Part shown: positions 33,400 through 44,780 of the stretch, in pieces
Position numbering within the stretch: position 1 is the stretch's first letter
Layout of the letters: each line of letters begins with the position of its first letter
DNA from: Craspedostauros australis
Lineage: Eukaryota
NCBI GenBank assembly: GCA_030167865.1
Contig: JALAGF010005512.1
Location: forward strand, 1-64,000
DNA length: 64,000 nt
Direction of reading: 5' to 3'
Translations under genes and position numbers: made by a program
The notes under the pieces: generated by a model
Told to the model about the DNA's origin: nothing
Seen by the model: only the letters and a program-made list of their open reading frames with translations
The model's database searches: none

Positions 33400-36180
33400 A
33401 TGATCAAGATGATCAACGTCAAGACAATCATCATCACCACTCTCCTTGTCACCTTCATGACAATGGTGGAAGCGCGCCTCTCTGGAGATACGACCGCAGA
33501 CACAATCGATGAGATGCACCTGGCGTTACAAGCTACTCGCACCCTCAAGGCCGCTTTCGGCGCCGGCAACAACAAAAGTGTCAAAACAAACAAGAACGGC
33601 CTCCTCGAACCCTCCATTTCGCCATCTCCAATGCCTTCAACTTCCAAAGAGGCTACAGATCTCACCACCACGCCCACATGGATTCCAAGCGCCCATCCAA
33701 CCGTCGATCCCACACGCTCCCCGACCTCCCCTCCCACGGCTGCATCGTCCGTGCCACCAACATCAGCTCCCTCATCTCCCCCGATGGACTTTGATTCCAT
33801 CATCTCCGTTGTCTGCAAGCCTGACGGCGTCACCATCCTCACACCAGAAGAGGCCAAACCCAAGACCATCATCTGCAACTCTGCCAAGCCATCATGCCGC
33901 GAGGCAGTGACCGCTGTGAGGGAATCCACGGCGCTGCAGAACTTCTTCGGATGTGCAGGGAACTTGGGAGAGGGTGCGGCGCGCAAGCTCTTCCACAAGT
34001 ACGCAACCAGCGATATCCTTGCTGAGCAACTCACTCTGGTGGCGACCACCAAGACCGTCCTCGTCACTGAGCGACCGGATGCGATGAAGGCGGCATGCAT
34101 GTCCATCGGGATGGCTCTGTCTCCTCCCGCCGCCGATCCATGCTGCCAAGGATCGACAGGATGCACCTCAATTACCGCTTCTGCTTCCAACTCCAACTAT
34201 CCGCCATTCATGACCGTTGCCGTCACTGCGTGCGTCGGTGACAGCGCATGCAAGGACATGGGACCGAACCCTCTCATCCTCGACGCCTCTTGCACTGACG
34301 TGAGTGCGTGCGAATCCATGAATCAGAACGAGATCAATCCATTCATCACCGGAGTGACATTCGTTGGTGAAGGTGCATGTACCAACACGCAATCCTGTGA
34401 AGGGGTGGGACATCGATCACACGGTGATGTGACCATCCAGACTGGCGCATGCATCAGCCCCAAAGCATGCTACTCAGCTGGCCGCCGGGTCAAACAGTCA
34501 GCATCATCCTTTCGCTATCGAAGTCACATCGATATTGGCCCGAATGCTTGCGTTGGCAGCAATGCCTGCAAGGATGCCCATTCCACTGTGAGTAGTTTTC
34601 CTGGTGGCAAGATTGCAGGAAGCCTGACCATCGGTGATGGTGGCTGTGCTGATGAAGGCTCATGCGAGAAGCTTGGCTTGAATGACAGGATGAGGACGGA
34701 TATCATCGTCCCTCCTGGTGGGTGTGGCGGTGATCAGAGCTGTTGGGCATGCATGACGAAGTCGGAGTGCGATCATGATGCGGTGTATCTGATCAGTGAT
34801 GCGGAGGGANNNNNNNNNNNNNNNNNNNNNNNNNNNNNNNNNNNNNNNNNNNNNNNNNNTGATGCGGAGGGAGCCTGTCCCAAGGGAGGCAGGGACACAA
34901 ACTTCCTTCCAACGGGTGACAAGGTGGAGAAGTATTGCGTTGGGAAGGAAACGTTGCCAACGGAGTGTCCTACCTTCTTTCCGACCCCACTTCCCACTGT
35001 GTCGTCCAAACCTACGCCCATTCCGACCAGCATGCCGACTGATCGACCAAGCTCATCTCCTTCGCGTTCTCAGGCGCCAACCACCATGCCAACTGATCGA
35101 CCAAGCTCATCGCCTTCGCGGTCTCAGGCGCCAACCGCCACGCCTAGACTTGAGGTTGGATGCCTCGAAGGTCCGGGGAATGTGACATCGACTTTCAACA
35201 CGCTATCTGATCAGGTCCTCTGTGGTGATGGCGATGGTGCATGCGCGGATTTCGTTGTCGCAGTCGAAGGTCTACCTGGCAATGGAGATAGGATGATCAA
35301 GAGCATCTTTGGTTGCAACGATGATGACACTCCTGGGATAGTGGCAATTGGAGAAGCTCAAGACCGATTCGACAAGATCAAGAACGACCGCGACATGACT
35401 GAGTTGCTGGTGAAAACTGTGGCAAAAGGCACAAGACTGTTCACTGGGAGTCAAGATCCATTGCAGGAGGCTTGTGGCACAGATTGTTGCACAGACCTCG
35501 GTGATTGCGACACTATTCTTCCTGGTGTGATGACAGTCAGTGAAAATTCCTGTATGGATGGCGCCAGCTGCCTTGGGATGATCCCTGATACCATCATCAT
35601 CGAGAGTTGCGTCGGCGGCGAGGCCTGTGATTCACTGGGCGGATTCGACAGCATCCCAGACCCTGATGTCAAGATCGGGTACCGGGTGATTGGACCAAAG
35701 GCATGCCATGGGTCATTCAGTTGCGAAAGCCTTGGCAGTAATATATTTGGCAATGTGAGAATTAAGAGTGGGGCTTGCGATGGCAGGAGTGCGTGCTTCG
35801 CTCTTGGCAGACGCAACATACAGGATGATACAGCATCACCGACTGTAGCAGACATTTCAGTTGGGGAGAATGCATGCCATGGAACATTAGCTTGCTGGAA
35901 GGTGCATGCGAGGACTGCATTTATGGGAAACAAAACTGAAGGAAGCTTGCTCATTGAACAGGGTGCTTGCGATGGCGTAAGTGCATGCGATTTTCTTGCC
36001 AACAGTGAGTTTGTCACCAATGACATTGTCATCAAGGAGAGGGTCTGCGTGGGTGATTCATCATGCGCAAAATGTCTGCAACAAAACGATTGTGGTGGTG
36101 GCAACACTATGACATACACCATCAGTGGCGCCGGTGATTGTCCCGGCCCTGATCCAGGAGCCTGTTCTCTGAGTAACTAA
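33400..36180 (+). CDS. Secreted Cys-rich protein with two homologous repeat modules and P/T/S-rich linkers (spans a 50-N gap)
   Basis: Signal peptide MIKMINVKTIIITTLLVTFMTMVEA. 2 x 7 repeats of C-x5-C (for example ACVGDSAC). Mucin-like PTxxPT tracts. Confidence 0.85.
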   Translation: MIKMINVKTIIITTLLVTFMTMVEARLSGDTTADTIDEMHLALQATRTLKAAFGAGNNKSVKTNKNGLLEPSISPSPMPSTSKEATDLTTTPTWIPSAHPTVDPTRSPTSPPTAASSVPPTSAPSSPPMDFDSIISVVCKPDGVTILTPEEAKPKTIICNSAKPSCREAVTAVRESTALQNFFGCAGNLGEGAARKLFHKYATSDILAEQLTLVATTKTVLVTERPDAMKAACMSIGMALSPPAADPCCQGSTGCTSITASASNSNYPPFMTVAVTACVGDSACKDMGPNPLILDASCTDVSACESMNQNEINPFITGVTFVGEGACTNTQSCEGVGHRSHGDVTIQTGACISPKACYSAGRRVKQSASSFRYRSHIDIGPNACVGSNACKDAHSTVSSFPGGKIAGSLTIGDGGCADEGSCEKLGLNDRMRTDIIVPPGGCGGDQSCWACMTKSECDHDAVYLISDAEGXXXXXXXXXXXXXXXXXDAEGACPKGGRDTNFLPTGDKVEKYCVGKETLPTECPTFFPTPLPTVSSKPTPIPTSMPTDRPSSSPSRSQAPTTMPTDRPSSSPSRSQAPTATPRLEVGCLEGPGNVTSTFNTLSDQVLCGDGDGACADFVVAVEGLPGNGDRMIKSIFGCNDDDTPGIVAIGEAQDRFDKIKNDRDMTELLVKTVAKGTRLFTGSQDPLQEACGTDCCTDLGDCDTILPGVMTVSENSCMDGASCLGMIPDTIIIESCVGGEACDSLGGFDSIPDPDVKIGYRVIGPKACHGSFSCESLGSNIFGNVRIKSGACDGRSACFALGRRNIQDDTASPTVADISVGENACHGTLACWKVHARTAFMGNKTEGSLLIEQGACDGVSACDFLANSEFVTNDIVIKERVCVGDSSCAKCLQQNDCGGGNTMTYTISGAGDCPGPDPGACSLSN
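35032..35137 (+). repeat. 54-bp coding tandem duplication (MPTDRPSSSPSRSQAPT x2)
   Basis: Near-identical copies starting at 35032 and 35086. Confidence 0.9.
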
Positions 36181-37222
36181 CCATAGCGTACGGTACCATA
36201 CATCTGAATAGTAGAATAGAATATGATGGCTCGTATTTCTGCCGTCACATTCCCAATCTGGTGTTTTTTCATGTGATGATGCCCTTTCCGTGCTTTGCAA
36301 AAGAGCATGTGACGAGGAGAGAAGAGAAGAGATGAGTGAGGATGCTGATGATCGGAGTGATGCAAATCGGATACTGGTACTTCGTATCGCACCAACCACC
36401 AACTCCATTCCTCATGTGCATGTCTGTGCGCCGATCAACACCCATCTCTCCTCGCCAATTGGCTTTGATCCTGTGTAGTAACTGTTCTGATACCTTCAAC
36501 AAGGTGTTATCGGGCATCGCCCAACACCTGCCCAACTACTTTTTGACAATGAGAGGATCCCTTGTGCATGCGCAACATCCTCCAAGGATGCCCCTGGCAT
36601 TTCACTCGCCGCCTTGACTGTCCACCACCCTCACACATTCACCAATAATCAACCCCCATGTCAACACATCGTGTTGCTATGCTACACTCCATGGTTCCGC
36701 GCTGCCTGATTCGGATCGAATCAATTCATCTTAGATGTGGTCCATTGTTGCGTTGACGGTATTTCGATGACCGCATCAATCGCATCCCTCTGCAGCTGCG
36801 ATGTCCTCCGCCAACCTTGGCAACTTTGGTGATACAGGTCTGTCCAACGGGTGCGTTCACATAATGAAAACGCTGGGGAGAGATGCCCGCGTGTCGGAAT
36901 AGAGTAGACTACTCTCTCTCTCCCTCTCCCCCCGTCTCTCCAGGGAGAGACAGGCAATCTACAACTACGACCTACTATGTACTATGTACTCAAATGGTAT
37001 TACATGATACAATCTCAGAACAGAATCGAATAGAAGAGTCCAAAGCAAGCTGCTATGCATGGTGCGAATACTCGTGTGCACCGGAAGTCCTGTCCACAAG
37101 AAAGAATCTGTCCACGATCTACATGAGAGCGCTATACACACGAGCAATGCATTCCTACCCTACTCCACTCTATTCGTATGCATGAACGAGGCTTTGATCA
37201 TTTCTTGATCATTGCTTGACCA

Positions 37223-38725
37223 TTACTTTGGACCGATCATGTCACCTGGGACGATCCATTCGTCGAACTGCTCGGCGGTGACGTGCCCACTTGCGATCGC
37301 TGCCTCCTTGAGGGTGGTGCCTTCCTTGTGCGCCTTCTTGGCGATCGTGGTGGCATTGTCGTATCCGATGCGCGGGTTTAGGGCCGTGACGAGCATGAGG
37401 GATTCGTTGAGAAGGGCATCGACGCGTTCGTTGTTGACCTCGAGGCCCTCGACGCATCGCTTGGAGAAGGAGTCGCAGGAGTCGCCGATGAGACGGGCAG
37501 ACTGCAGGAGGTTGGCGATCATGAGCGGCTTGAAGACGTTGAGCTCGAAGTGTCCCTGGGCGCCGCCGACGGTGATGGCGACGTGGTTTCCCATGACCTG
37601 GGCGCACACCATGGTGATGGCCTCGCACTGGGTCGGGTTGACCTTGCCGGGCATGATGGAGGATCCCGGTTCGTTGGCCGGGAGGGAGAGCTCGCCGAGT
37701 CCGCATCTGGGTCCGCTGGCCAGCAGACGCAGGTCGTTGGCGACCTTGTTCAACCCGCAGGCGATGGTGTTGAGGACGCCCGAGACTTCCACGAGCGAGT
37801 CATGGGCAGCGAGCGCTTCGAACTTGTTGGGCGCCGTGATGAATGGCAGGCCGGTCTCCTTGGCGAGGCGATCGGCGATGGTGGAGTCGTAGCCCTTGGC
37901 GGTGTTGAGGCCTGTTCCCACGGCGGTTCCACCCAGCGCGAGTCTGTACACCGCCGGCATGCTCGCCTCCAGACGCTGGATGCCGTACTCCACCTGCTGC
38001 GCGTAGCCTCCGAACTCCTGACCGAGGGTGAGCGGGGTGGCGTCCTGGCAATGCGTGCGGCCGATCTTGACGATGGCGTCGTAGTCGTCCGCCTTCTGCT
38101 TGAGCGCCGCGTGCAGGGTCTTCATGCCGGGCAGGGTGGTCTCCACGAGCATCTTCGCCAGACAGAGATGCATGGCGGTCGGGAAGGAGTCGTTGCTGGA
38201 CTGCCCCTTGTTGACGTGGTCGTTGGGATGCACGGGTGACTTGGAGCCGACCTCGCCCTTGAGGATCTGGATGGCCCTGTTGGAGAGCACCTCGTTGACG
38301 TTCATGTTGGTCTGCGTGCCGGATCCCGTCTGGAAGGTGACGAGCGGGAAGTGTCTGTCATGCTGTCCGGCAACGACCTCGTCCGCCGCCTCCGCAACGG
38401 CAGCAGCCACCTCCGTCTCCATCTTGCCGATGTCGGCGTGGTACTGCGCGCAGCACTTCTTGATCTGCGCCATGGCGTACACCACCTCCAGCGGCATCTT
38501 GGATTCGGTGCCGCCGATGGGGAAGTTGAGCAGGGATCGCTGCGTCTGGCAGCCCCAGAGGCGGCCTGCCTCGATTTGGAGCTCGCCCATGCTGTCGGAT
38601 TCGACGCGAGCGGGGAGATCAGCTGCTGGGTCGGTCATCGTGGTCGTGGTCAGGGAACGGAAGAGGATCCTGTGGCTTCGGCTGCTGCTTTTGAAGTGCG
38701 CTGGGATCAGTCTCAGGGCCTGCAT
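37223..38725 (-). CDS. fumC: Class II fumarate hydratase, mitochondrial, 500 aa, single exon
   Basis: [15 protein letters not shown] signature, [26 protein letters not shown]-rich N-terminal presequence. Confidence 0.97.
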   Translation of the reverse strand: MQALRLIPAHFKSSSRSHRILFRSLTTTTMTDPAADLPARVESDSMGELQIEAGRLWGCQTQRSLLNFPIGGTESKMPLEVVYAMAQIKKCCAQYHADIGKMETEVAAAVAEAADEVVAGQHDRHFPLVTFQTGSGTQTNMNVNEVLSNRAIQILKGEVGSKSPVHPNDHVNKGQSSNDSFPTAMHLCLAKMLVETTLPGMKTLHAALKQKADDYDAIVKIGRTHCQDATPLTLGQEFGGYAQQVEYGIQRLEASMPAVYRLALGGTAVGTGLNTAKGYDSTIADRLAKETGLPFITAPNKFEALAAHDSLVEVSGVLNTIACGLNKVANDLRLLASGPRCGLGELSLPANEPGSSIMPGKVNPTQCEAITMVCAQVMGNHVAITVGGAQGHFELNVFKPLMIANLLQSARLIGDSCDSFSKRCVEGLEVNNERVDALLNESLMLVTALNPRIGYDNATTIAKKAHKEGTTLKEAAIASGHVTAEQFDEWIVPGDMIGPK

Positions 38726-39672
38726 GTTGTGATGTGCGATGTGCGATGTGCGACGTCTGACTTGATGTGTTCTTGTTGGGTTGTGGTGCTGGTGGTCTTT
38801 GGCTGATTACGAGTATCTTTGGGTGGATGCGAGGTGCTCCAGCACGGGTACGACTTCGAGCTGCTCGCAGATCGTGAGGAATGCGCCTGCGGTCAAGAAT
38901 GCAATTGTGACATTATGACTACATGGAGTCTCTTCGCGACGGATCCAACCAACAGCGTTGCCTGTAATGTTCTCCCTTCTTTCGCTTTCTTCTCTCTGCG
39001 ACTGGCGCGCACTCTGTTCACGCAGGCGCCTTGTTCTGCGTTGCACAGCATTGCGTCGCAACCGATGTTCCGGTTGGTGCCGGAACAGTGCCATTTGCGA
39101 TCCCTTGTTGGTTGGGTTCGTGTTTTGTGGCGAACGCCAATGATGGAATGTTCGCGAAATGGTATGTTTTGATTGGCCACATTTTGTCGCAGTTGCTCCT
39201 GGCAGCTGGCACCGATGACTTTTGACATTTTCTGTACTCCGCATTCGTGATCCGAACAGTATCGAATCGTGCGACAGAGAAACAGACACAAAATGATCAG
39301 AGGAGTCGACCAAGTGAGGACAAAATAAAACGTCAGTGTGTGGCCCGTAGTGGATCGAAGGAGTCTGGGGCGGATCGCTTTGGTTGACCGACACACAAAT
39401 CCAATCCACGAAAAGACGAGTGGTGTCACATGATGTCTCGTTTCGCGCCCAAATACGACCACTCTCACGCGGACATCACCATTTTCCGAGCACCACAACT
39501 CATGATCGTACGACCCGGAGAGTGCGCTCCTCTGCTCGTCTCCTCACCCTCAATGGCACAAGCAACCGCTTCAGCAACGTCCATTCCACCCAATCCCTTG
39601 TTCCGCATTCGCATCTACACACGTCCACGGTCACATTTACATCACACGTTACTCCACACCATTCGTTGAAAG

Positions 39673-41677
39673 ATGTTCAAGCAAACACTGACCGCCGTCA
39701 CACGCAGCGGCGCGAGACGATGCCTTTCCGTTGCTGCCGCCGGATCGAGTACCGCAGATGCCTGCATGGCGCTGGAGGACAAGTACGGTGCCCACAATTA
39801 CCATCCCCTCCCAGTTGTTCTGGCCAAGGGAGAGGGGATCAAGGTGTGGGACGTCGAGGGACGCGAGTACTTCGATTTCCTGTCAGCCTACAGCGCCGTG
39901 AACCAGGGCCATTGCCACCCGAAGATCATCAACGCGCTCACCGAGCAGGCGCAGAAGCTCACGCTCACATCGCGTGCTTTCTACAATGATGCCCTGGGAG
40001 AGTACTGCGAGTTCGCCACCGACTACTTCGGCATGGACCGCATCCTGCCCATGAACACCGGCGTGGAGGGCGGAGAGACAGCCATCAAGCTGGCCAGGAA
40101 GTGGGGATACGAAGTCAAGGGCATCGCGCCCGGCAAGGCCCGCGTCCTCTTCGCCAACCAGAACTTCTGGGGACGCACGTTGGCTGCCATCTCCAGCTCC
40201 AATGATCCGACCGCCTACCGTGGTTTCGGTCCCTACATGCCGGGCTTCTCCAGCGTCCCTTTCAACGATCTCGGAAGCCTCGAGATGGAGTTCGAGAAGG
40301 ATGCTGAGAATATGTGAGTTGCTTGATTTGATATTAATTTATATGATTTGATTTGGCGGGTCTTCTAAGCATGAGTGATAACGGGAATACAGGCCATCGT
40401 GAACAGCAACAACCGCGCTGAATGTGACATTGAATTGCAGCCAACCAGCCAATTTCACAAGGTTTACAGCCTCATCCATGACTTGTATGTACGATGACTC
40501 AGCCAATGGATTGCTCACCCACGATCCTCTTCGAAATTGTTCACGAAAAATGCGCGTTGGATTCATCCCACAGTGCCGCCTTCATGGTGGAGCCAATCCA
40601 AGGAGAAGCCGGCGTCGTCGTTCCTGAAGACGGCTACATGGCCAACGTCCTTGAGCTCTGTAGAAAATACAACGTCCTTCTCATCGCTGATGAAGTCCAG
40701 ACCGGTCTGTGCAGGACAGGATACAGAGTCGCGGTGGATCATGACGGCATAAGGCCTGATATGCTTGTCCTCGGAAAGGCGCTCTCTGGTGGCGTCCTTC
40801 CAGTTTCTGCCGTGTTGGCATCAGATGAGATCATGGTAAGGAAAAGGAACTCGACGAGTATGTGCGAACACGCTTCTCGTCTGTCGTCTGCGCTCGTCAT
40901 CGCGAAGAAGTGACCGCGGATGCAGCTGCGGCTGAAGTTCTTCCTGCGTTTGTGCCCCTGCGACGGCTTCCTCTTCCGGTTTCGACCCAAACGTTCAACA
41001 GCATTGTCCGTCGTCTGCATCTTCGTGCATCTTCGTTGGCTACTAAGTTCTCTGTTTCATGGACCGGTTCACGACCAACGCTAACACAGACTGCCTCCTG
41101 TCACTCCTTCATTTACCCATTCATCCCACCATGCATGTGATACTTGCTAATTGCTACTTCTTTGATGAATCCGTGCGTATGTTCACATATCGATGCCCCG
41201 GCCTCCAACGTCGATCGCCCCCCATGAATTCCATTGTCACATCTACTCGTCGTCCGACGTGTGCAATAGCTCACATTGAACCCTGGCGAGCACGGATCCA
41301 CGTACGGTGGCAATCCTTTGGCATGCAAGGTGGCAACCGCCGCGCTCGAGGTCCTCCGTGACGAGAAGCTGGATGAGAATGCCATGGCCCGCGGGCAGCA
41401 GCTGCGCGACGGACTCAGCAGCCTCATCGGCAACACTTGCATCGAGAGCGTTCGCGGACGTGGCCTGCTAAATGCCATCGTCATCAACCAACCAAAGGGC
41501 GGATACGGCGACACCGGCAAGGCTTGGGAGCTGTGCGTCAAGATGCAGGACCATGGCCTCTTGGCCAAGCCAACTCACGGGAATATTATCCGCTTCGCCC
41601 CTCCCCTCGTGATCAACGAAGAAGAGATCAACCAGTCCCTCGAGATCATTGAGAAGTCTGCCCGCGAGATGTCATGA
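39673..41677 (+). CDS. OAT: Ornithine delta-aminotransferase, mitochondrial; exons 39673-40313, 40574-40835, 41270-41677; 436 aa
   Basis: [41 protein letters not shown] lysine in [18 protein letters not shown]. Both GT-AG introns splice in phase. Confidence 0.96.
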
Positions 41678-42622
41678 ACAACTCCACTCGAGCAAAGCAG
41701 ATTGCGACGACGATAACATTTGAATCAATGCAACAAGCACTTTGCTGCAGAGCGGGGCAGGCCAGAGAAAAGCAAGCAAGCCAGCCCGTTGTACTGAAAC
41801 CAACCAAATGAATACCCGTACCATGCACAAATCGATGTCATCTACATGAATACGGGAACTGAATCTTAAGATGCGAATGGAAATAGAGATGGAGATGGGA
41901 GCGATGATGCTGAGCAGTGGGATGGGCGCCATTCCCCCAAGGAATACCATACTCGTACAACTCTGCGCAGCTCCGTATCCATATCTTGACATGTCATGCA
42001 GCGATGGTGTGGCATAGACTCAATTTAGATATCGTCTATCAATCTTGTGTTGGCAATCTTGAGTTTCTGAGGATAGACGTACTGCGCGAAACTCCTCCAT
42101 CCTCCACCCTGCTAGCGCAGCCTTATCGGCACTGTTATCTGCAAAGTGTTGTGGGTGCCCATCGCCAGAGTGCTGATACATTGAATAATTAATATAATAG
42201 AATGCATTCGTATGGTTGAGACCAGAGTGAGTGTCAATACATTGAATTGCAGCCATGGTTGTAATAGAGTATTAATAGGAAGATGAATCTACAAGTACAC
42301 TTCGACTTGGATTTTCATGTGATAACGCCAGACAGCGCTGTACACAGCACAGCTTCGCCTGAGCCATGGTACACGACGGAAGCAAGAGCAAGAACCACGC
42401 ACAGAATCACGAAACACAAACGCAAAACACAGAACACGATGCAACAACAAGCAAACCTCACCTGTCGCATCACCACTCCCAGACCTCTCACCATTGATCA
42501 ACACATCTGTCATCACGACAAGACACGCCATAACATCGTACAATAACTACCTGCATATCCACACTCTTAGCAAAGCCAAGTCAAGCAAACAAGGGCAACG
42601 CAGCTCCAAGTGCCATTTCACC

Positions 42623-43604
42623 ATGCCTCGCAAGTGAGTTGTGCGTTGTGTTGCCACATGGTCGAGTGCCGGACGGAGCCGCGATGGAACAAGTCGGTGA
42701 TGGCTCCGCTTTGATGGCAGCAGCTCTTGTCCAGAATGTTCAGAAGACAAGAAGGATGGTTATGATCAGCCTCAGCCACTTCATTTGCCTTGCGCTTGCT
42801 TCCTTCTCTTCCTCTCAAACAGACCCACCACGCTGCCCACCTGTTCCTGGCCCTCCACCTTCCTCGTATGTCGCCGAATCTGCCTCCAACCAACACAAAA
42901 CGCTACTGCAAACACTCCACATCACACACACACACACTCATCACACCACATCCACACCGTTTGTGGATACAATGACATAATGCGCAAAACAAATACATCG
43001 AACAATCACATTTCCTCAATCACAACACATGATGGTATGATACTCGTACCAATACGATAGATTCCAAATACCCATGGAACTCACCCTGAAGGAGAATCAT
43101 GAGGGCTACATCGCACTGAGCAAGGTGCCCAAGACGGTGGGTTACGAGGCGGTCGCATCAGCGGAGCGATCACGATCCACCAACGTGACGACGAGCTCAG
43201 CGAAAGCGGAGGCGGTCAAGGCGAAGAAGCAGGCCAAGGCGATGTCCATAGCGATGAAGCCGGGGCAGTCGATCCTTATGAACGCCTTCATGATGTACAT
43301 GAGCGGCAAGCAGCTGAACATCTTCTCCATCTCCACAACCAGCTCCGCCATCTTGACGCCCATCACGAGTCTCGCGCAGCTGGACAAGCCGTTCAAGAAC
43401 CTGGACACGGGCAACCAGCTCCCCAAGCTGCTCTACGCGTTGCTGAACATCGTGTGGCTCGCCGTGGGATTGTACAAGATGAGCTCCATGAGACTGCTGC
43501 CAACGACGTCGGCGGATTGGGCCGATCGGGTTGTCTGGAAGGACATGATGGAGGCCACCAGCATCCCGCCAACATCGGATAGCCTCGCGGCCGCCATGTA
43601 TTGA
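42623..43604 (+). CDS. EMC4: ER membrane protein complex subunit 4; exons 42623-42633 and 43061-43604; about 184 aa
   Basis: MNAFMMYMSG..IFSI and GLYK..M.LLPT..DW motifs. ATGCCTCGCAA|gtgagt...gatag|ATTCCAA gives the in-frame start MPRKFQIPMEL. Confidence 0.88.
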
Positions 43605-44780
43605 ACAGATCGATAATATGACGGCAAGAATACGAGCATGGTGCTCTGGACGAGTATGTAGAGACTGAATTGTAGCTTGCATTTTATAGCTGCAAGTACA
43701 CTCGTAAGTATTATGCATTGCCATTGGATCATTCCATCTCACATCTTCGTACGTTGCGAGAAGTGCCAATACGATTGACCACGCGGATTAGGATGATGCT
43801 ATTATATCAGCAAGAGTACGTACCTACCTATCTATGGAAGTCGCAACATTTTCCACGTAACAGCGTGTCAAATCTCAACGTCTATGCAACCAACTCGTAG
43901 ACTATTCGCGAGAAGAGAAGGTCGCAGATTGGAGAAGAAGGATTGAGGGCACTTCTAGTCGTACTGATCGATACACGTGGATGGCTTGACAACAATCTCG
44001 CGGCGGCTGATTGGCGGAGAATCCCATGAATTCATGTCGCAGTGAATGTCCCACGGTTCGTCCTCAATCAGTTCGTTCCCCACACACCAAACAAACTGCA
44101 ACCCAACCAAAAAGGCGACGCAACAGCAACAGCAAGGCGATGACGAGGACGGCGAGGGCGATGGCGATGGCGGCAGCAAATCGCGGACAAGGCCCCCAAA
44201 TGCCCGCGAAAACTGGCGGTGACCACAGGGAGCGTTGCGACCACTACTACGACGCTTCAAAATCAAGATACTGGGTGGAGGCAAACACACGCAACGACAG
44301 ACATCCAAGTAACCAAACAATCGTACTCGGGCTCGGACTCGTCTTGGGTATCAACACAACACTCGAAGACTCCTCTGGTGTGATCACAACAGGAGACCAT
44401 TTCAAAACAGAGCAAGATCAGCAGACGTGGAATAAATCAGAAGAGAAGCAACACCAGAAGGAAACGTGACGACGTGCGATACCAGTAGGATATCACACCA
44501 CAACAGGATCATACCACAAGCACGCAAGCAAGCGCACAAGCAAACGCACAAGCAGAACACCAAGCACATGTGTTGATGCCCTCAGAAACATCAACAACGT
44601 CTGCATCCTTTTGTTCGGAGCTCAGCTTGATCAATTCCAGCCAGAAGAGCTGCTGAGCCGTTGCAAACACAACTTTCACCGGAGGGAAGAGCAAGATTGT
44701 CAGTGCAGGTTTCTTGCCCTACACATCACACTACCACACCATCACACATTCGACGAAAGACACTGGATTAGTCTATCAAG

